DNA of 64,000 nt from an uncultured delta proteobacterium (lineage in GTDB: Bacteria > Myxococcota_A > Polyangia > Fen-1088): the NCBI GenBank assembly GCA_963767925.1, contig CAVYGB010000008.1, forward strand, positions 2,304,001 to 2,368,000. Reading direction: 5' to 3'. The notes beneath the pieces were generated by a model, which saw only the letters and a program-made list of their open reading frames with translations, was not told where the DNA came from and searched no databases. Below, piece by piece: positions 34,230 to 44,925 of this stretch. The first letter of the stretch is position 1, and every line of letters begins with the position of its first letter. The translations under genes were made by a program, and so were the position numbers.

Positions 34230-35546
34230 ATGCGCCCTCTGCTCGTGACTTTGGTCTTCTGTCTGATGACCGCGGCCGCGTCGGAGGCTCGCGCCATCGG
34301 CAAGGTGGCTGTCCTCCCCTTCACGGGACCCCAGCTCCCCGTGGTCCAGCGGGCGCTTTACGTCGCCCAGCGGATCGTGACGTCTTCGATCCCGCCGGCC
34401 TACCAGCTCGTGCCGCCTGCCGACCTGTCGCGCACGATGGGTGGCGGTCGCCCGGCGGCGCCGGCCGAGTTCACCGGCCTGGCCCGTCGCCACGAGGCCA
34501 CCGCGCTCATCGAAGGGGTCATGACGGTCGAGCAGCGGCGGCGCTGGCGGCTGAAGGTCGTGGTCCGCCGCGCCTCCACCGGCATGCCGGTGGGGACAGT
34601 GACCTGGTCGGGCCTCGGCAGCAAGCCGCTGATCTCGAACCTGCAGCGGAACGCCAACCAGTGGGTGGCTTCGCTGCTGCAAAGGACCGGCGGGCCGACG
34701 GCGGATCCGCCCGGTGGCGGCGGCTCGCCCGTTCCGATGGCCTCCGGTGACGACGAGCCCTCGGACTCCGATCGCCCTCGGGCCGCCGACGACGACGCCT
34801 CGCTGTCGAGCGGGGTGACCGCCGGTCGCGGCCGGTCCAACGTCCCCTCGACCTGGGCGTTCTCGATTGGCCCCAAGCTGATGTCGCGCGCCTTCGTCTT
34901 CACCGACAACGTGGCGGCGCTGCCCGGTTACAACCTGCCGGGCGCCCCCGCTCTCGCCGCCGAGGTGGAGTTCTACCCGGCGCCGCGCGGCTCGGGCATC
35001 CTCCGCAACATCGGCCTGGTCGGGTTCTACGAGACCTCGATCGGGGCGAAGACCCAGCAGAGCGACGGCGGCACAGGCACCACGCTCGCCCGTTCTTACC
35101 GGGTTGGCGCCCGCTACCGCATCCCGTTCGAGAACTCGGCGGTCCTGCTCGGGACCGACTACACCCAGCACTACTTCAACCTGGATGTAAACAACGCCCT
35201 CCCCCCGAACGTGAACTACACCGCCATCCGGCCGTCGCTGGGCGGACGGGTGCCGATGGGCCGCAAGCTCATCCTCGGCCTGCAGGCGGCCTACCTGCAT
35301 ATTCTTGCCGTCGGGGCGCTGGCCGACGCCGACCGCTTCCCGAACCTCACCACCATCGGGGCCGAGGCGGGCGCCATGCTCAGCTACCGCCTGGACACCG
35401 ACCTCGACGTCACGGCGGGCGTGGACATGCGTTACTACGCACACAGCATGAACGCCCAGGCCAATGACCCGCCCGATCGGCTGGTTGGCGGCGCCATCGA
35501 CGCGCACTTCGGCGCCTCGATGATGCTGACCTACCGCCTGCGCTAG
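34230..35546 (+). CDS. Exported protein with C-terminal outer-membrane beta-barrel
   Basis: Signal peptide; KVAVLPF N-domain; amphipathic strands ending LTYRLR. Confidence 0.65.
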   Translation: MRPLLVTLVFCLMTAAASEARAIGKVAVLPFTGPQLPVVQRALYVAQRIVTSSIPPAYQLVPPADLSRTMGGGRPAAPAEFTGLARRHEATALIEGVMTVEQRRRWRLKVVVRRASTGMPVGTVTWSGLGSKPLISNLQRNANQWVASLLQRTGGPTADPPGGGGSPVPMASGDDEPSDSDRPRAADDDASLSSGVTAGRGRSNVPSTWAFSIGPKLMSRAFVFTDNVAALPGYNLPGAPALAAEVEFYPAPRGSGILRNIGLVGFYETSIGAKTQQSDGGTGTTLARSYRVGARYRIPFENSAVLLGTDYTQHYFNLDVNNALPPNVNYTAIRPSLGGRVPMGRKLILGLQAAYLHILAVGALADADRFPNLTTIGAEAGAMLSYRLDTDLDVTAGVDMRYYAHSMNAQANDPPDRLVGGAIDAHFGASMMLTYRLR

Positions 35547-35571
35547 CCCCGCCGCTTCCCCTCGGGGACGT

Positions 35572-35614
35572 TATACTTTCCTCACCCGGCGTTGAACGTC
35601 GCCGGGTGAGGAGG
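35572..35614 (+). promoter_or_regulatory. -10 hexamer plus 13-bp hairpin overlapping the Shine-Dalgarno
   Basis: TATACT 35572-35577; TCCTCACCCGGCG / CGCCGGGTGAGGA; SD GAGGAGG 35608-35614. Confidence 0.55.
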
Positions 35615-35621
35615 TAAGCCG

Positions 35622-36902
35622 ATGGATCGCCGCTCGCGCAGCGTCTGGACCGTCCGGCTGGTGTTTCTGATCGCGGCTGCCGCGCTGAGTGCGCTCTCCT
35701 GCGCCCGCGCGGCCCGCTACGGCGACTGGGGCGTGAGCCGCTCGCAGAACGTGGCGGTCTACACCGACGCCAAGCTCGAGCACGAGTTCATCCAGGAGTG
35801 GCTCGAGCTGTCCCACGCGGCCCTCCGGGCCTTCTTCCCCGCGGTCAAGACCGGCACGGTGGACGTGGTCTGGCTGAAGAACCAGCCTGGTGGCGGCACG
35901 CGTTTTTACCGCCCCTGGGACGACCCGCGGTCGGGCTGGACCTTCCAGAGCCTGCCCAGCATCAGCGACGGGCGGATCGGCCGCGAGGGACTCATCGTGC
36001 TCGAGCGGAGGCTCGAGGGGACGGCGGAGCAGCGTTCGTTCCGCCCGGTTCGCGACGAGACCCTGGCCAAGGAGCAGATGGCCCATCTGTTCATCATGAA
36101 GGCGGTGCCGATGGCGCCGCTCTGGCTCCAGGTGGGCCTGGGCCGCTACCTCCAGAAGTACCGCATCCACTACCGGGGTGACTTCTGGCTGGCCTGTTTC
36201 GGGTCGCCCGTCTTCGACGAGCCAGCCTGGCCAGGCACCACCGCCGGGCCGGCCGAGACGCTGGGGGGCCGGGTGGGCAGCACGGGCGACGGCCGGCGGG
36301 TCACCTTGCCCATGGCCGACATCTTCGACGCCGACTGGTACACGTACGACGGCCGCCACCGGCGCTGGTACGAATACACCGCGTACGCCCTCGTGCATTA
36401 CCTCATCCACGGTGAAAACGGCTGGCACCGGGGCCGGTTCCCGCTGCTGCTCGATGCCCTGCGGGCCGGCAAGACCAGCCCCGACGCCCTGGCCCTGGCC
36501 TACCCGCACATCCTGGCCGAGGAGTGGGACGAGCGGCTCTCTGCGCACGTCCGGCCGCCGCGAGGTCGGGCCCACGTCGCTGCCACGGCCGAGATCTCCC
36601 AGGGACTGTGCTTCAAGATCCCGCCCGTCCACCACGCCGAGAAGAAGCCCCGCCGGGAGAAGGCCAACCCCCGCGACATCCAGGTGCTGATGACCGACCT
36701 GGAGCAGGTCGACCCCTTCCGCCGTCACTCCGGCTGGTGGCCCCAGGACATCGTCGACGCCGAGGCCTCCAAGCGCAAGCGTCAGACCGGTCCGGCAGGC
36801 GAGCCCGGGCGACCCGGGCGGGAAGGCCGCGCTCCCACCGGGGTGCCCCCCGACGAGGGCGAGGTCCCGGAGATCCGCGCGCCCCTGCCGACCCCGCCCT
36901 GA
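35622..36902 (+). CDS. DUF1570-like lipoprotein with degenerate zincin motif
   Basis: Lipobox ALSC; KEQMAHLF...PLWLQVGLGRY; Y..AYALVHYL. Confidence 0.6.
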   Translation: MDRRSRSVWTVRLVFLIAAAALSALSCARAARYGDWGVSRSQNVAVYTDAKLEHEFIQEWLELSHAALRAFFPAVKTGTVDVVWLKNQPGGGTRFYRPWDDPRSGWTFQSLPSISDGRIGREGLIVLERRLEGTAEQRSFRPVRDETLAKEQMAHLFIMKAVPMAPLWLQVGLGRYLQKYRIHYRGDFWLACFGSPVFDEPAWPGTTAGPAETLGGRVGSTGDGRRVTLPMADIFDADWYTYDGRHRRWYEYTAYALVHYLIHGENGWHRGRFPLLLDALRAGKTSPDALALAYPHILAEEWDERLSAHVRPPRGRAHVAATAEISQGLCFKIPPVHHAEKKPRREKANPRDIQVLMTDLEQVDPFRRHSGWWPQDIVDAEASKRKRQTGPAGEPGRPGREGRAPTGVPPDEGEVPEIRAPLPTPP

Positions 36903-36906
36903 GGGG

Positions 36907-39632
36907 TCAGGCCAGCCGGCCCAGCGCCGACTCGACGCGGGCGATAGCGGCCTCGACCTCCGCCAGCTTGGCCCGGTCCTTCTCGATGACCTCGGGCTTG
37001 GCCCGGGCCACGAAGTCGGGGTTGGACAGCTTGCGGCTGAAGAAGTCGCGGTCGGCGGTCAGCCGGGTGCGCTCCTTCTGCAGCTTGGAGCGCTCGGCGT
37101 CGCCGCCGCCGCCGGTCGCGTCGAGGATCAGCATCACCTCGACCTCACCCGACACGGCGGTCGCCACCGGGCCGTCCGGCGGGTCGCCGCTGCGGCGGAC
37201 GACGATCTCCGAGCAGCGCGCCTGCTCGGCGATGAGGGACCGGTAGCCCTCGAGGATGGTCATCTTGTAGTCGTCGCTGACGTCAGGATGGCCCGGCTGC
37301 GATGGCCGCTGGGGACGTTGTTGTCCGCTGCGCAGACCCCGCACCGCCGTGACCACCCGCTGCACCAGGGCCATCGAGGCGTCCGAGGCGTCGTCGACGA
37401 AGCGCGGATCGGGGATCGGGTACAGCGTGATCATGATGCTCTGAGGGGCTCCGGCCGGCTTGGGCAGCTGCTGCCAGATCTCCTCGCGTGAGGAAGGGCA
37501 TGAAGGGATGCAGCAGGCGCATCGCCGTCTCGAGGGCGGTCACCAGCGTCCCCTGCGTCTTCCAGCGGTCGGGATCGGCCCGGTTCGCGCAGGCGCCCCT
37601 TGGCGAACTCGATGTACCAGTCGCAGACCTCGTCCCAGACGAAGTGGTAGACGGCCTGGGCGGCGTCGGCCATCCGGTATTCGTCGAGCGCGTTGTTGAC
37701 CGCCTCGCTGGCTCGCTGCACGCGCGAGAGGATCCAGCGCTCGGGCAGATCGAAGGCTCGGCGCCGTCGGGCCCCTCGGCGGTGCGATCGGCGTAGCGAT
37801 CGGCGTCGTAGCCGTCCAGCGTTCATGAGGACGAAGCGGGCGGCGTTCCAGATCTTGTTGGCAAACCGGCGGGCGTCCTCGACGTTGTGCAGCGAGAACT
37901 TGATGTTCTTGCCCTGCGAGGCGTGGGTGGTCAGCCAGGCCAGCGCGAACCGGAGCGCGTCGGCGCCGTGTTTCTCGATGACGTCGAGGGGGTCGATGGT
38001 GTTCCCCTTGACCTTCGACATCTTCTCGCCCTTCTCGTCGGTGACGATGGTGTGCAGGTACACGGTGCGGAAGGGGACCTTCCTCATGAAGTGCAGGCCC
38101 GCCATCATCATGCGGGCCACCCAGAAGAACAGGATGTCGTAGCCGGTGACCAGCAGCGCTGGTGGGATAGAAGGTCTTCAGCTCGCGCGTCTCTTCCGGC
38201 CAGCCCAGGGTGGCGAAGGGCCACAGCCAGGACGAGAACCAGGTGTCGAGCACGTCTGCGTCCTGGTTCAGGTCGCTCCCGCCACACTGCTCGCAGGCCG
38301 CAGGGGCCTGGCGCGCCACGTGCACCTCGCTGCAGCCGGCGCAGTACCAGGCCGGGATGCGGTGGCCCCACCAGAGCTGGCGCGAGATGCACCAGTCGCG
38401 GATGTTCCGCATCCAGTGAAAGTAGGTCTTCGTCCAGCTCTCGGGGACGAAGCGGGTCTTGCCCTGCTCGACCGCCTCGATGGCTGGCTCGGCCAGCGGC
38501 TCCATCTTGACGAACCACTGGGTCGAGATGCAGCGGCTCGACCACGGTGTTGCAGCGCTGGCAATGACCGACCGAATGCACGTGGGGCTTGGCTGCCCCG
38601 CTGCGAGGCCCAGCTCCTTCAGCCGCGCCTTGACCGCCTTGCGGGCGGCGAAGCGGTCCATGCCCGGCGAAGGGCCCGCCCTCGGCGGTCACGTTGCCCC
38701 GCTCGTCGAGGATCGAGATGGAGGGCAGCCCGTGCCGCTGGCCGCACTCGAAGTCGTTCGGGTCGTGGGCGGGGGTGACCTTCACCGCGCCGGTGCCGAA
38801 CTTCGGATCGACCAGCATGGCGTCGGCGATGACTCGGGATCTCGCCGGTCGACGAAGGGGTGGCGGACCTTCTTGCCGATCTTGGCCTGGTGGCGCGGAT
38901 CGTCGGGAGTGGACGGCGATGGCGGTGTCACCCAGCATCGTCTCGGGGCGGGTGGTCGCCACCACCAGCTCGCCCGAGCCGTCAGCGAAGCGGGTAGGCG
39001 AACTCGTACAGCTCCCCCTGGGCGCCCCTCGTCGTACTCGACCTCGAGGTCGGACAGCGCCGTCCGACAGGAGATGCACCAGTTGATGAGGCGGCTGGCG
39101 CGGTAGAGCAGGCCCTCCTCGTACAGGCGCACGAAGACCTCGGTCACCGCCTCGGGAGTAGCCCGGGTCCATGGTGAAGGCCGTCGCGGTCCCAGTCGAG
39201 GGAGCAGCCCATCACCTTGAGCTGCTCGAGGATCCGGTCGCCGTATTGCTCCCGCCACTTCCAGACCCGCTCGACGAAGGCCTCGCGGCCGAGGTCGTGG
39301 CGGGTCTTGCCCTCGGTCTCGCTGCAGGTTGCGCTCGACCACCAGCTGGGTGGCGATGCCCGCGTGATCGGTGCCGGGCAACCACATGGCGTTGTAGGCG
39401 GCCATGCGGCGCCAGCGGGTGAAGATGTCCTCGATCCCGCCGTCCCAGCGCGTGGCCCATGTGGAGCGACGCCCGTCACGTTCGGGGGCGGAATGACCAT
39501 GGAGAACGGCGCCTTGGGAGCGGCGGCGTCGGCGTGGAAATACTTCTTTTCCAGCCACTCGTCGTACCACCGCTTCTCGAGGGTGGCCGGATCGTAGGTC
39601 TTCGGTAGGTCGGGCTTGGGCTCGTCGGACAT
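36907..39632 (-). CDS. valS: Valine-tRNA ligase (many indels)
   Basis: [50 protein letters not shown]-terminal coiled coil. Confidence 0.95.
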
Positions 39633-39683
39633 CGTCGAAGGAAGTCGGGCGGGAGGGTATGAGAGGCCGGAGGATACCTCCAG

Positions 39684-41015
39684 CTACTTCCGGGCGTTCG
39701 CCAATCGCTCGACGTGCTCGCGAATGATGGCTTCGGCGAGCTCCGGGACGACCTCCCATACGACTTGCTCGATGACCTCGCGCGACAACTTGGCTATCGC
39801 CTCGAACTCGGGCCCCCGGGCGGCGATGGCGGCGACCTTCTGATCGATGCGGGCCGAGACCAGGGAGGCCGAATCTGCCGCCGGAACCGGCGCCAGCGGG
39901 AAGGCGCCGGCCGACGGGCGACTGGGCGCGATCGGCGTGATCCCGGGGGTGACCGGCACCGGGGCCGGCATGGCCGGAGCGGCGGCGGGCGCCGCGGTGA
40001 CCTTGATGGGTGCGGCCGGCGGGGGCGTTACCGCCGGGACCATGGTGGGCGGGGCCGTCCGGGGCTCCCGGGGGGATCCGGGCATCCCGGGGATGGCCAC
40101 CGCGGGGAGGCCCATGATGGTGCGCCCGATGCCGGCGTGAGCGGCAGCGGCCGCGATCCCGCCCTTGTCGGAGATGATCTCGGGCCGCTTCGGCAGCGGG
40201 GCCGAGGCCGGCCGGTGGGCCGCGGCGGTGGGCGGTGCCGCGGAGGCCGACGCCACCGAGACCTGGGGCCGGGCGGCCGGGCCGGGTCGGGCCCCCGGGA
40301 TAAGCGAGGGCCGCAGGGCCGCGCCGGACCCCGCCGAGGCAGTTGGCGGCGCCGCCTGGGGCGCAGAGAAGGGCGACACCGGCGACGGCGTGGGCGCCGT
40401 CGGACCGGGCCGGACCAGCGGCGGGGTGGGAGCGGGCGGCGCCAGCACCGGAGCCGCGACCGCGACGGGCGCCGAGGGCAAGGACTGCCCGGGGGAGGAG
40501 CGCTCGATGGTGAACTCCCCGTATTCGTCGTCGAGGTCGTCCATCACGGCGGCGGCCGCGGACCGGGCCCCCACGGGCGGGCTGGCGGCAGCCACCGGCG
40601 GGGCCGTCGAGACCGGCCGGGCCGGAGCGGGGGCCGGGACGGCCGGGCGAGACAGCCCCTCCTGCACCCGATCGATGAGCGACTGGCTCTCGAAGGGCTT
40701 GAGCAGGTGTCCGTCGGCACCCGCCTGACGCCCTCGCGCCTCGTCGTAGGGCGTCTGACTGGACGCCAGGATGTAGACAGGAACCCCACGGAAGGCGGGG
40801 TCGGCTTTCAGCGCCGCGCAGAGATCGTATCCGGTGCGATTGCCCAGAACGATGTCCGCGATCACCAGGTCCGGCCTTCCTTGACGCGCGGCTGTCACCG
40901 CCTCGTCGTAGCTGCGGGCGGGAACGAGGGAAACCCCATCCTGCCCGGCCAGCACCATGGTGAAGGCCTTCTGTATGGTGGCGCTGTCATCTGCGACGAG
41001 GACTCTTTTCCCCAT
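39684..41015 (-). CDS. romR: RomR-like polarity response regulator
   Basis: N-terminal receiver (VLVADDS...KPF), Pro/Ala linker, C-terminal REVIEQVVWEVVPELAE; immediately upstream of valS as in Myxococcus. Confidence 0.85.
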   Translation of the reverse strand: MGKRVLVADDSATIQKAFTMVLAGQDGVSLVPARSYDEAVTAARQGRPDLVIADIVLGNRTGYDLCAALKADPAFRGVPVYILASSQTPYDEARGRQAGADGHLLKPFESQSLIDRVQEGLSRPAVPAPAPARPVSTAPPVAAASPPVGARSAAAAVMDDLDDEYGEFTIERSSPGQSLPSAPVAVAAPVLAPPAPTPPLVRPGPTAPTPSPVSPFSAPQAAPPTASAGSGAALRPSLIPGARPGPAARPQVSVASASAAPPTAAAHRPASAPLPKRPEIISDKGGIAAAAAHAGIGRTIMGLPAVAIPGMPGSPREPRTAPPTMVPAVTPPPAAPIKVTAAPAAAPAMPAPVPVTPGITPIAPSRPSAGAFPLAPVPAADSASLVSARIDQKVAAIAARGPEFEAIAKLSREVIEQVVWEVVPELAEAIIREHVERLANARK

Positions 41016-41086
41016 TCTGAATGTCCCAGATCTTCAATTAATATCACGCACCTAGGCGAGGGTCAACACCGCCACGGGTACGAACG

Positions 41087-41806
41087 ATGGATCTCGAGTC
41101 TCCGGCCCTACCGTTTCGACCCCGGGCCCGTGTTTTCATCGACGACGTGCAGGTCACGGGCTCGCGATCTTTCATCGGTAGGAGCGCGGCCCGACTTGTC
41201 CGCCGGACGCGTTTTTACCGAGTATTTTTGCGGGGGCTGGCCGCCCTCCTGCTGCTGGCGCTCCCGGGTGGGGCCCGGGCCGAGCCACCCCGTCAGGGGC
41301 AGCTCCGAGCCGCGGTCTCGGCCGACCCCTGGTGGGGGCGGGACAAGAAGCTACATTTCGCCGCCAGCGGCGGCCTCGCCCTCGCCGGCTATGGAACTGC
41401 GGCGCTCGCCGATCGGTCCGAGCCAGTCCGCCTGGCGGTGGGCGCGGGCCTGGCGCTCGGAGCCGGGCTCGGCAAGGAAGGCCTCGATCTCTTCACCGCC
41501 GGAGACGCGTCCCGCCGCGATCTCGCCTGGGATCTGGCCGGCACCGCCAGCGGGTTGCTGCTGGCGTGGGCGGCCGACCGCGTGATCCGACTGCTCGACC
41601 GCCCGTCGAGGGGCGAGGGAGCCGGCGTGGGCGCGGCTGCTAGCGCCCGCCGCGACCGAGGATCCGACGGAACTTGGCCCGATCCTGGGGTCCGAACTCA
41701 CCCAGCACGATCAAAGCCACCAGGAACACCACCCCGGACGCGACCAGCACGCCCAGGGTCAGCAGCTTTCCTTCTCCCGGCACCAGCCGGGCCGCCACGA
41801 GAGTAG
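41087..41806 (+). CDS. YfiM/DUF2279-like protein (boundaries uncertain)
   Basis: W.G.DKKLHF, GKE..D, ASRRDLAWDLAG; 3' end overlaps the opposite gene. Confidence 0.6.
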   Translation: MDLESPALPFRPRARVFIDDVQVTGSRSFIGRSAARLVRRTRFYRVFLRGLAALLLLALPGGARAEPPRQGQLRAAVSADPWWGRDKKLHFAASGGLALAGYGTAALADRSEPVRLAVGAGLALGAGLGKEGLDLFTAGDASRRDLAWDLAGTASGLLLAWAADRVIRLLDRPSRGEGAGVGAAASARRDRGSDGTWPDPGVRTHPARSKPPGTPPRTRPARPGSAAFLLPAPAGPPRE

Positions 41807-43145
41807 CGGAGCTGGCGACCACCACCCGGATCACGCTCGCCAGCGGCGGCCCAGCCTGGAAGCGCCGCCGCAGGTACACGAGCGCGCCCACGAACCCCGC
41901 CGCCATGCCCGTCGCGGTGGCCGAGGCGGCGGCGTTGAGCATGGGCGCGCCGGGGACCTGGCCGGGGACGATCAGGAAGGCGACCGCCGCGCCCACCCCG
42001 ACGGTCACGGCGACCAGCCCCACCGCGACCCGCGGCTGGCCCGAGGCGTTGATGATCGCCCCCGCCACCCCGAGCAGCGAGAGGGCGACGATGCCCGAGA
42101 CGAGCACCGGCAGCGCGGTGGCGCCGTCGACGTATTCGGGCTTGTAGAACAGCCCCAGCAGCCCCGCCGGCCGGGCACAGAGGACCGAGGCCATGGCCGC
42201 CGCCAGGATGAGGGCGTAGCGCATGGTCTGGGTCACGTAAGCCCGGGTGGTCTCGCGGTCTTGCTCGAAGGTCGAGCGGGAGACCAGGGGGAAGATCACG
42301 AAGGTGATGATCAGCAAGGCCTGGTAAGGCAGGAGCGAGAAGTTCCGGACGGCCTCGTAGTGACCGACGATCTGGTTGGCCCGCTCCGCGGCGGCGACGA
42401 CGCCGGCAAACCGCCGGAGCAGGATGAGGTCGTAGTTGAGCGCCAGGTTGATGAGCAGCGTGTAGAGGACGATCCCGACCATGAAGGCCGCGAGGCGCCG
42501 CACGGGGAAGGTCGGACCGCCTGCGGTGGGGCGAGAGATGCCAATCACCGCCACGGCGGCCAGCAAGATGACCAGGGCCGCCGCCACGAACCCGCCGAGC
42601 GCGCCGGCGACGCCGAACACCGCCGCCCCGCCCAGCAGGAGCACCGTCTTGATCGTGGAGAAGCCGATGTCGAAGCCGGCCTGCACGTGAAAGCGGCGTA
42701 GCCCGTTGGCCGACCCGATGAACACCGAATAGAGCGAGTAGAAGAAGGGGATGGGGGCCACCAGCCGGAACCAGCGCACGAAGCTGGGGTCCCGGTAGGC
42801 CGAGGCGATCAGGGGGGCGGCCAGGAAGAAGCCCAGCGTGAGGGCCGCCCCGACAACGATCTGCAAGCGGAGGCCCGCCCGCTTGACGGCGTCGGCGCGG
42901 GCGTCGTCCTCGGCGGTGAACTTGGAGACCGACTGGATGGTCCCCTGGACGGTGGCGTTGTTGATGACCGAGACGACGACGTTGACCACCGAGAAGATGC
43001 CGTATTCGGCGCTGCCGACGACCCGGGTGAGCAACCAGCGCTGCAGGAAGGCGCTCACCATGAAGAAGACCTTGGCGGCACCGATGAACAGGGCTCCCCG
43101 TCCGGCCTGCACCGCGCCGTCAGAAGCTCGCGATCCTGAAACCAT
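41640..43145 (-). CDS. MOP-superfamily polysaccharide/lipid flippase
   Basis: About 12-14 TM; GSAEYGIF, FPLVSR, IINASGQP. Confidence 0.8.
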   Translation of the reverse strand: MVSGSRASDGAVQAGRGALFIGAAKVFFMVSAFLQRWLLTRVVGSAEYGIFSVVNVVVSVINNATVQGTIQSVSKFTAEDDARADAVKRAGLRLQIVVGAALTLGFFLAAPLIASAYRDPSFVRWFRLVAPIPFFYSLYSVFIGSANGLRRFHVQAGFDIGFSTIKTVLLLGGAAVFGVAGALGGFVAAALVILLAAVAVIGISRPTAGGPTFPVRRLAAFMVGIVLYTLLINLALNYDLILLRRFAGVVAAAERANQIVGHYEAVRNFSLLPYQALLIITFVIFPLVSRSTFEQDRETTRAYVTQTMRYALILAAAMASVLCARPAGLLGLFYKPEYVDGATALPVLVSGIVALSLLGVAGAIINASGQPRVAVGLVAVTVGVGAAVAFLIVPGQVPGAPMLNAAASATATGMAAGFVGALVYLRRRFQAGPPLASVIRVVVASSATLVAARLVPGEGKLLTLGVLVASGVVFLVALIVLGEFGPQDRAKFRRILGRGGR

Positions 43146-43318
43146 ATGGCGGCGGAGCTTACCCAGGGCGTCGACAAACCGGAACGGGTTTCGCCGGGGC
43201 CAGGCCCGAGGGGTCAGCCTGGCCGGCGGGTAGGATCCGAAACGGTATCCCTTCCGGTAGTCGTCTTTTCGTAACCCACAGACCAGCCCGGCGGGGCTCG
43301 ACCCAGCATTTGCGCCGG

Positions 43319-43334
43319 TGGCACGGGACTTGAT
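43319..43334 (+). promoter_or_regulatory. Candidate sigma-54 promoter
   Basis: TGGCACGGGACTTGAT (-24 perfect, -12 TTGA variant), about 170 nt before the GlsB-family gene. Confidence 0.45.
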
Positions 43335-43503
43335 GTCAATTCAGGCGTGTGGCCGGGTGGCGTGATGGGCGAGGCAAAGGAAGGGGAAGACGGCGCCCCG
43401 CGGGACGAACAGTCCGGCGAGGCGCCAGCGGGCGGAGCCGCTCGCCGGGAGACCGTCGACGCTGTCGGCCGAGGCGATTGAAGCAACGGAGGAGGAGAAA
43501 CAC

Positions 43504-43782
43504 ATGAACCCAGCATACGGAATCATTATGTGGATCATCATTGGCGCCCTGGCCGGCTGGATCGGCAGCAAGATCATGGGAACCGACGGCCGTCAGGGCG
43601 GTCTCGCCAACATCGTTGTGGGTATCATCGGTGCGGTGGTGGGCGGCTTCATCAGCAGCTCCGTGTTCGGTGACGCCCGTAGCAACAATGGCCTCATTGC
43701 CAGCTTTCTGGTGGCTTTGCTGGGTTCCGTCATCGTCATCGGGATCTGGCGGGCGCTATCGCGCCGAAGCAGGACCATCTAA
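43504..43782 (+). CDS. GlsB/YeaQ/YmgE stress-response membrane protein
   Basis: WIIIGALAGWIG...NIVVGIIGAVVGG; GGAGGAG RBS. Confidence 0.9.
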   Translation: MNPAYGIIMWIIIGALAGWIGSKIMGTDGRQGGLANIVVGIIGAVVGGFISSSVFGDARSNNGLIASFLVALLGSVIVIGIWRALSRRSRTI

Positions 43783-43838
43783 CGCGATACTCGCAGTATT
43801 CCCGGGCGGCCGGGGTCGGCGAAAGCCGACCTCGGACG

Positions 43839-44879
43839 TCAGTTTTTCTCTCGCTGCAGCCGCAGCAGGCCGACCGCGCGGTTGACGAGCTCGATGGTCT
43901 GGGCCTCCGACAGCTCGACCGAAAGCAGGGCTCGCGGCCCGCTGGCCTGGGCCTTGATGCCGTCGAGGTAGGGCCCGGCGCCGATCAGCAGGGCCTCCGG
44001 GCTCTTGCGGGCAGCTTTCAGGAAGGTCTCGAACTTGTCGACCAGGACGCGGGCGTCGTCGCCGTTGCTGAGCTCGGCGTCCACCTCGCCCCGCAGGGCG
44101 GGACCGAGGTCGAGGCCGGCGCCGAACCGCATGACCGACGCCTGGGCGCCGAGGCGGGGGTCGGCCCGCAGGGTCTGGCGGGTCTGATCGGGCACCAGCG
44201 CCGCCATCCAGATCGACCGCTTGACCCCCAGCCGTTCCACCAGCCGCAGCAACGTCACGTTCGACTCGGCGCTGGCCGGGGATGAGCCGGTCGCCCGGGC
44301 CAGGTCGGCCATCTTCTCCGCCCAGCCTCCGCCCGCCAGCACGAAGCGGCGCCGGTCCAGGAAGAACCCGGCGGTCCCTTCGGCCGAACCGGTGTGCCAC
44401 AGGGTGTAGCCGGCGTGTTGCCGGGGTTGCAGCTCGTTGCCGCGCAGCTTGGCCTGATCGCGGGCGTAGGTGAGCAGCCGCTTCTCGTCGAAGAGAGCCT
44501 CGCCCTCGATGACGAGCGCGAACGCCCCGCTCTTGCGGGCCTCCTCGGGAAAGGCCGCCACCAGCCGGTGCAGGTGGCGGAAGGGGTCGAGGCCGGTGCG
44601 GGCGGTGAACGCTTCGATCAGCTTCTTGTCGGCCGGGTCCTCGGAGGCCAGGGCCGAGACCCGCTTCCACAGGGCGGTGTCCCGGATGCGCGTGAAGTCG
44701 ATCGAGACGACGACCTGGGTCTCGGCAGGAAAGCGGGCCAGCACGCCGCTGGCCCCCGCCCCCGGCTCGCGCAGGCACCCTCCCCGACAGCCGGCCATGG
44801 TAATGAGACAGACAGCCGCCAGCACCGGGCCAACGGAGAATGACCGGGGCGACCTCTCCGGCGGCCTCATCATCATCAT
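43839..44879 (-). CDS. Putative lipoprotein of unknown function
   Basis: Lipobox MAGC; GC-consistent globular ORF (GLDPFR motif). Confidence 0.65.
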   Translation of the reverse strand: MMMMRPPERSPRSFSVGPVLAAVCLITMAGCRGGCLREPGAGASGVLARFPAETQVVVSIDFTRIRDTALWKRVSALASEDPADKKLIEAFTARTGLDPFRHLHRLVAAFPEEARKSGAFALVIEGEALFDEKRLLTYARDQAKLRGNELQPRQHAGYTLWHTGSAEGTAGFFLDRRRFVLAGGGWAEKMADLARATGSSPASAESNVTLLRLVERLGVKRSIWMAALVPDQTRQTLRADPRLGAQASVMRFGAGLDLGPALRGEVDAELSNGDDARVLVDKFETFLKAARKSPEALLIGAGPYLDGIKAQASGPRALLSVELSEAQTIELVNRAVGLLRLQREKN

Positions 44880-44925
44880 GACCCCCAACGTTACGCGAAC
44901 CCGCCGCCTTGGCTAGGCCGACCCG

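Noticed and set aside
36907..39632. valS and other split genes as true pseudogenes or programmed frameshifts
   Set aside because: Essential genes, intact motifs, no consistent slippery sites; sequencing or assembly error is more plausible
44868..44879. (CAT)4 as a phase-variation tract
   Set aside because: Short triplet repeat; slippage would not change the frame
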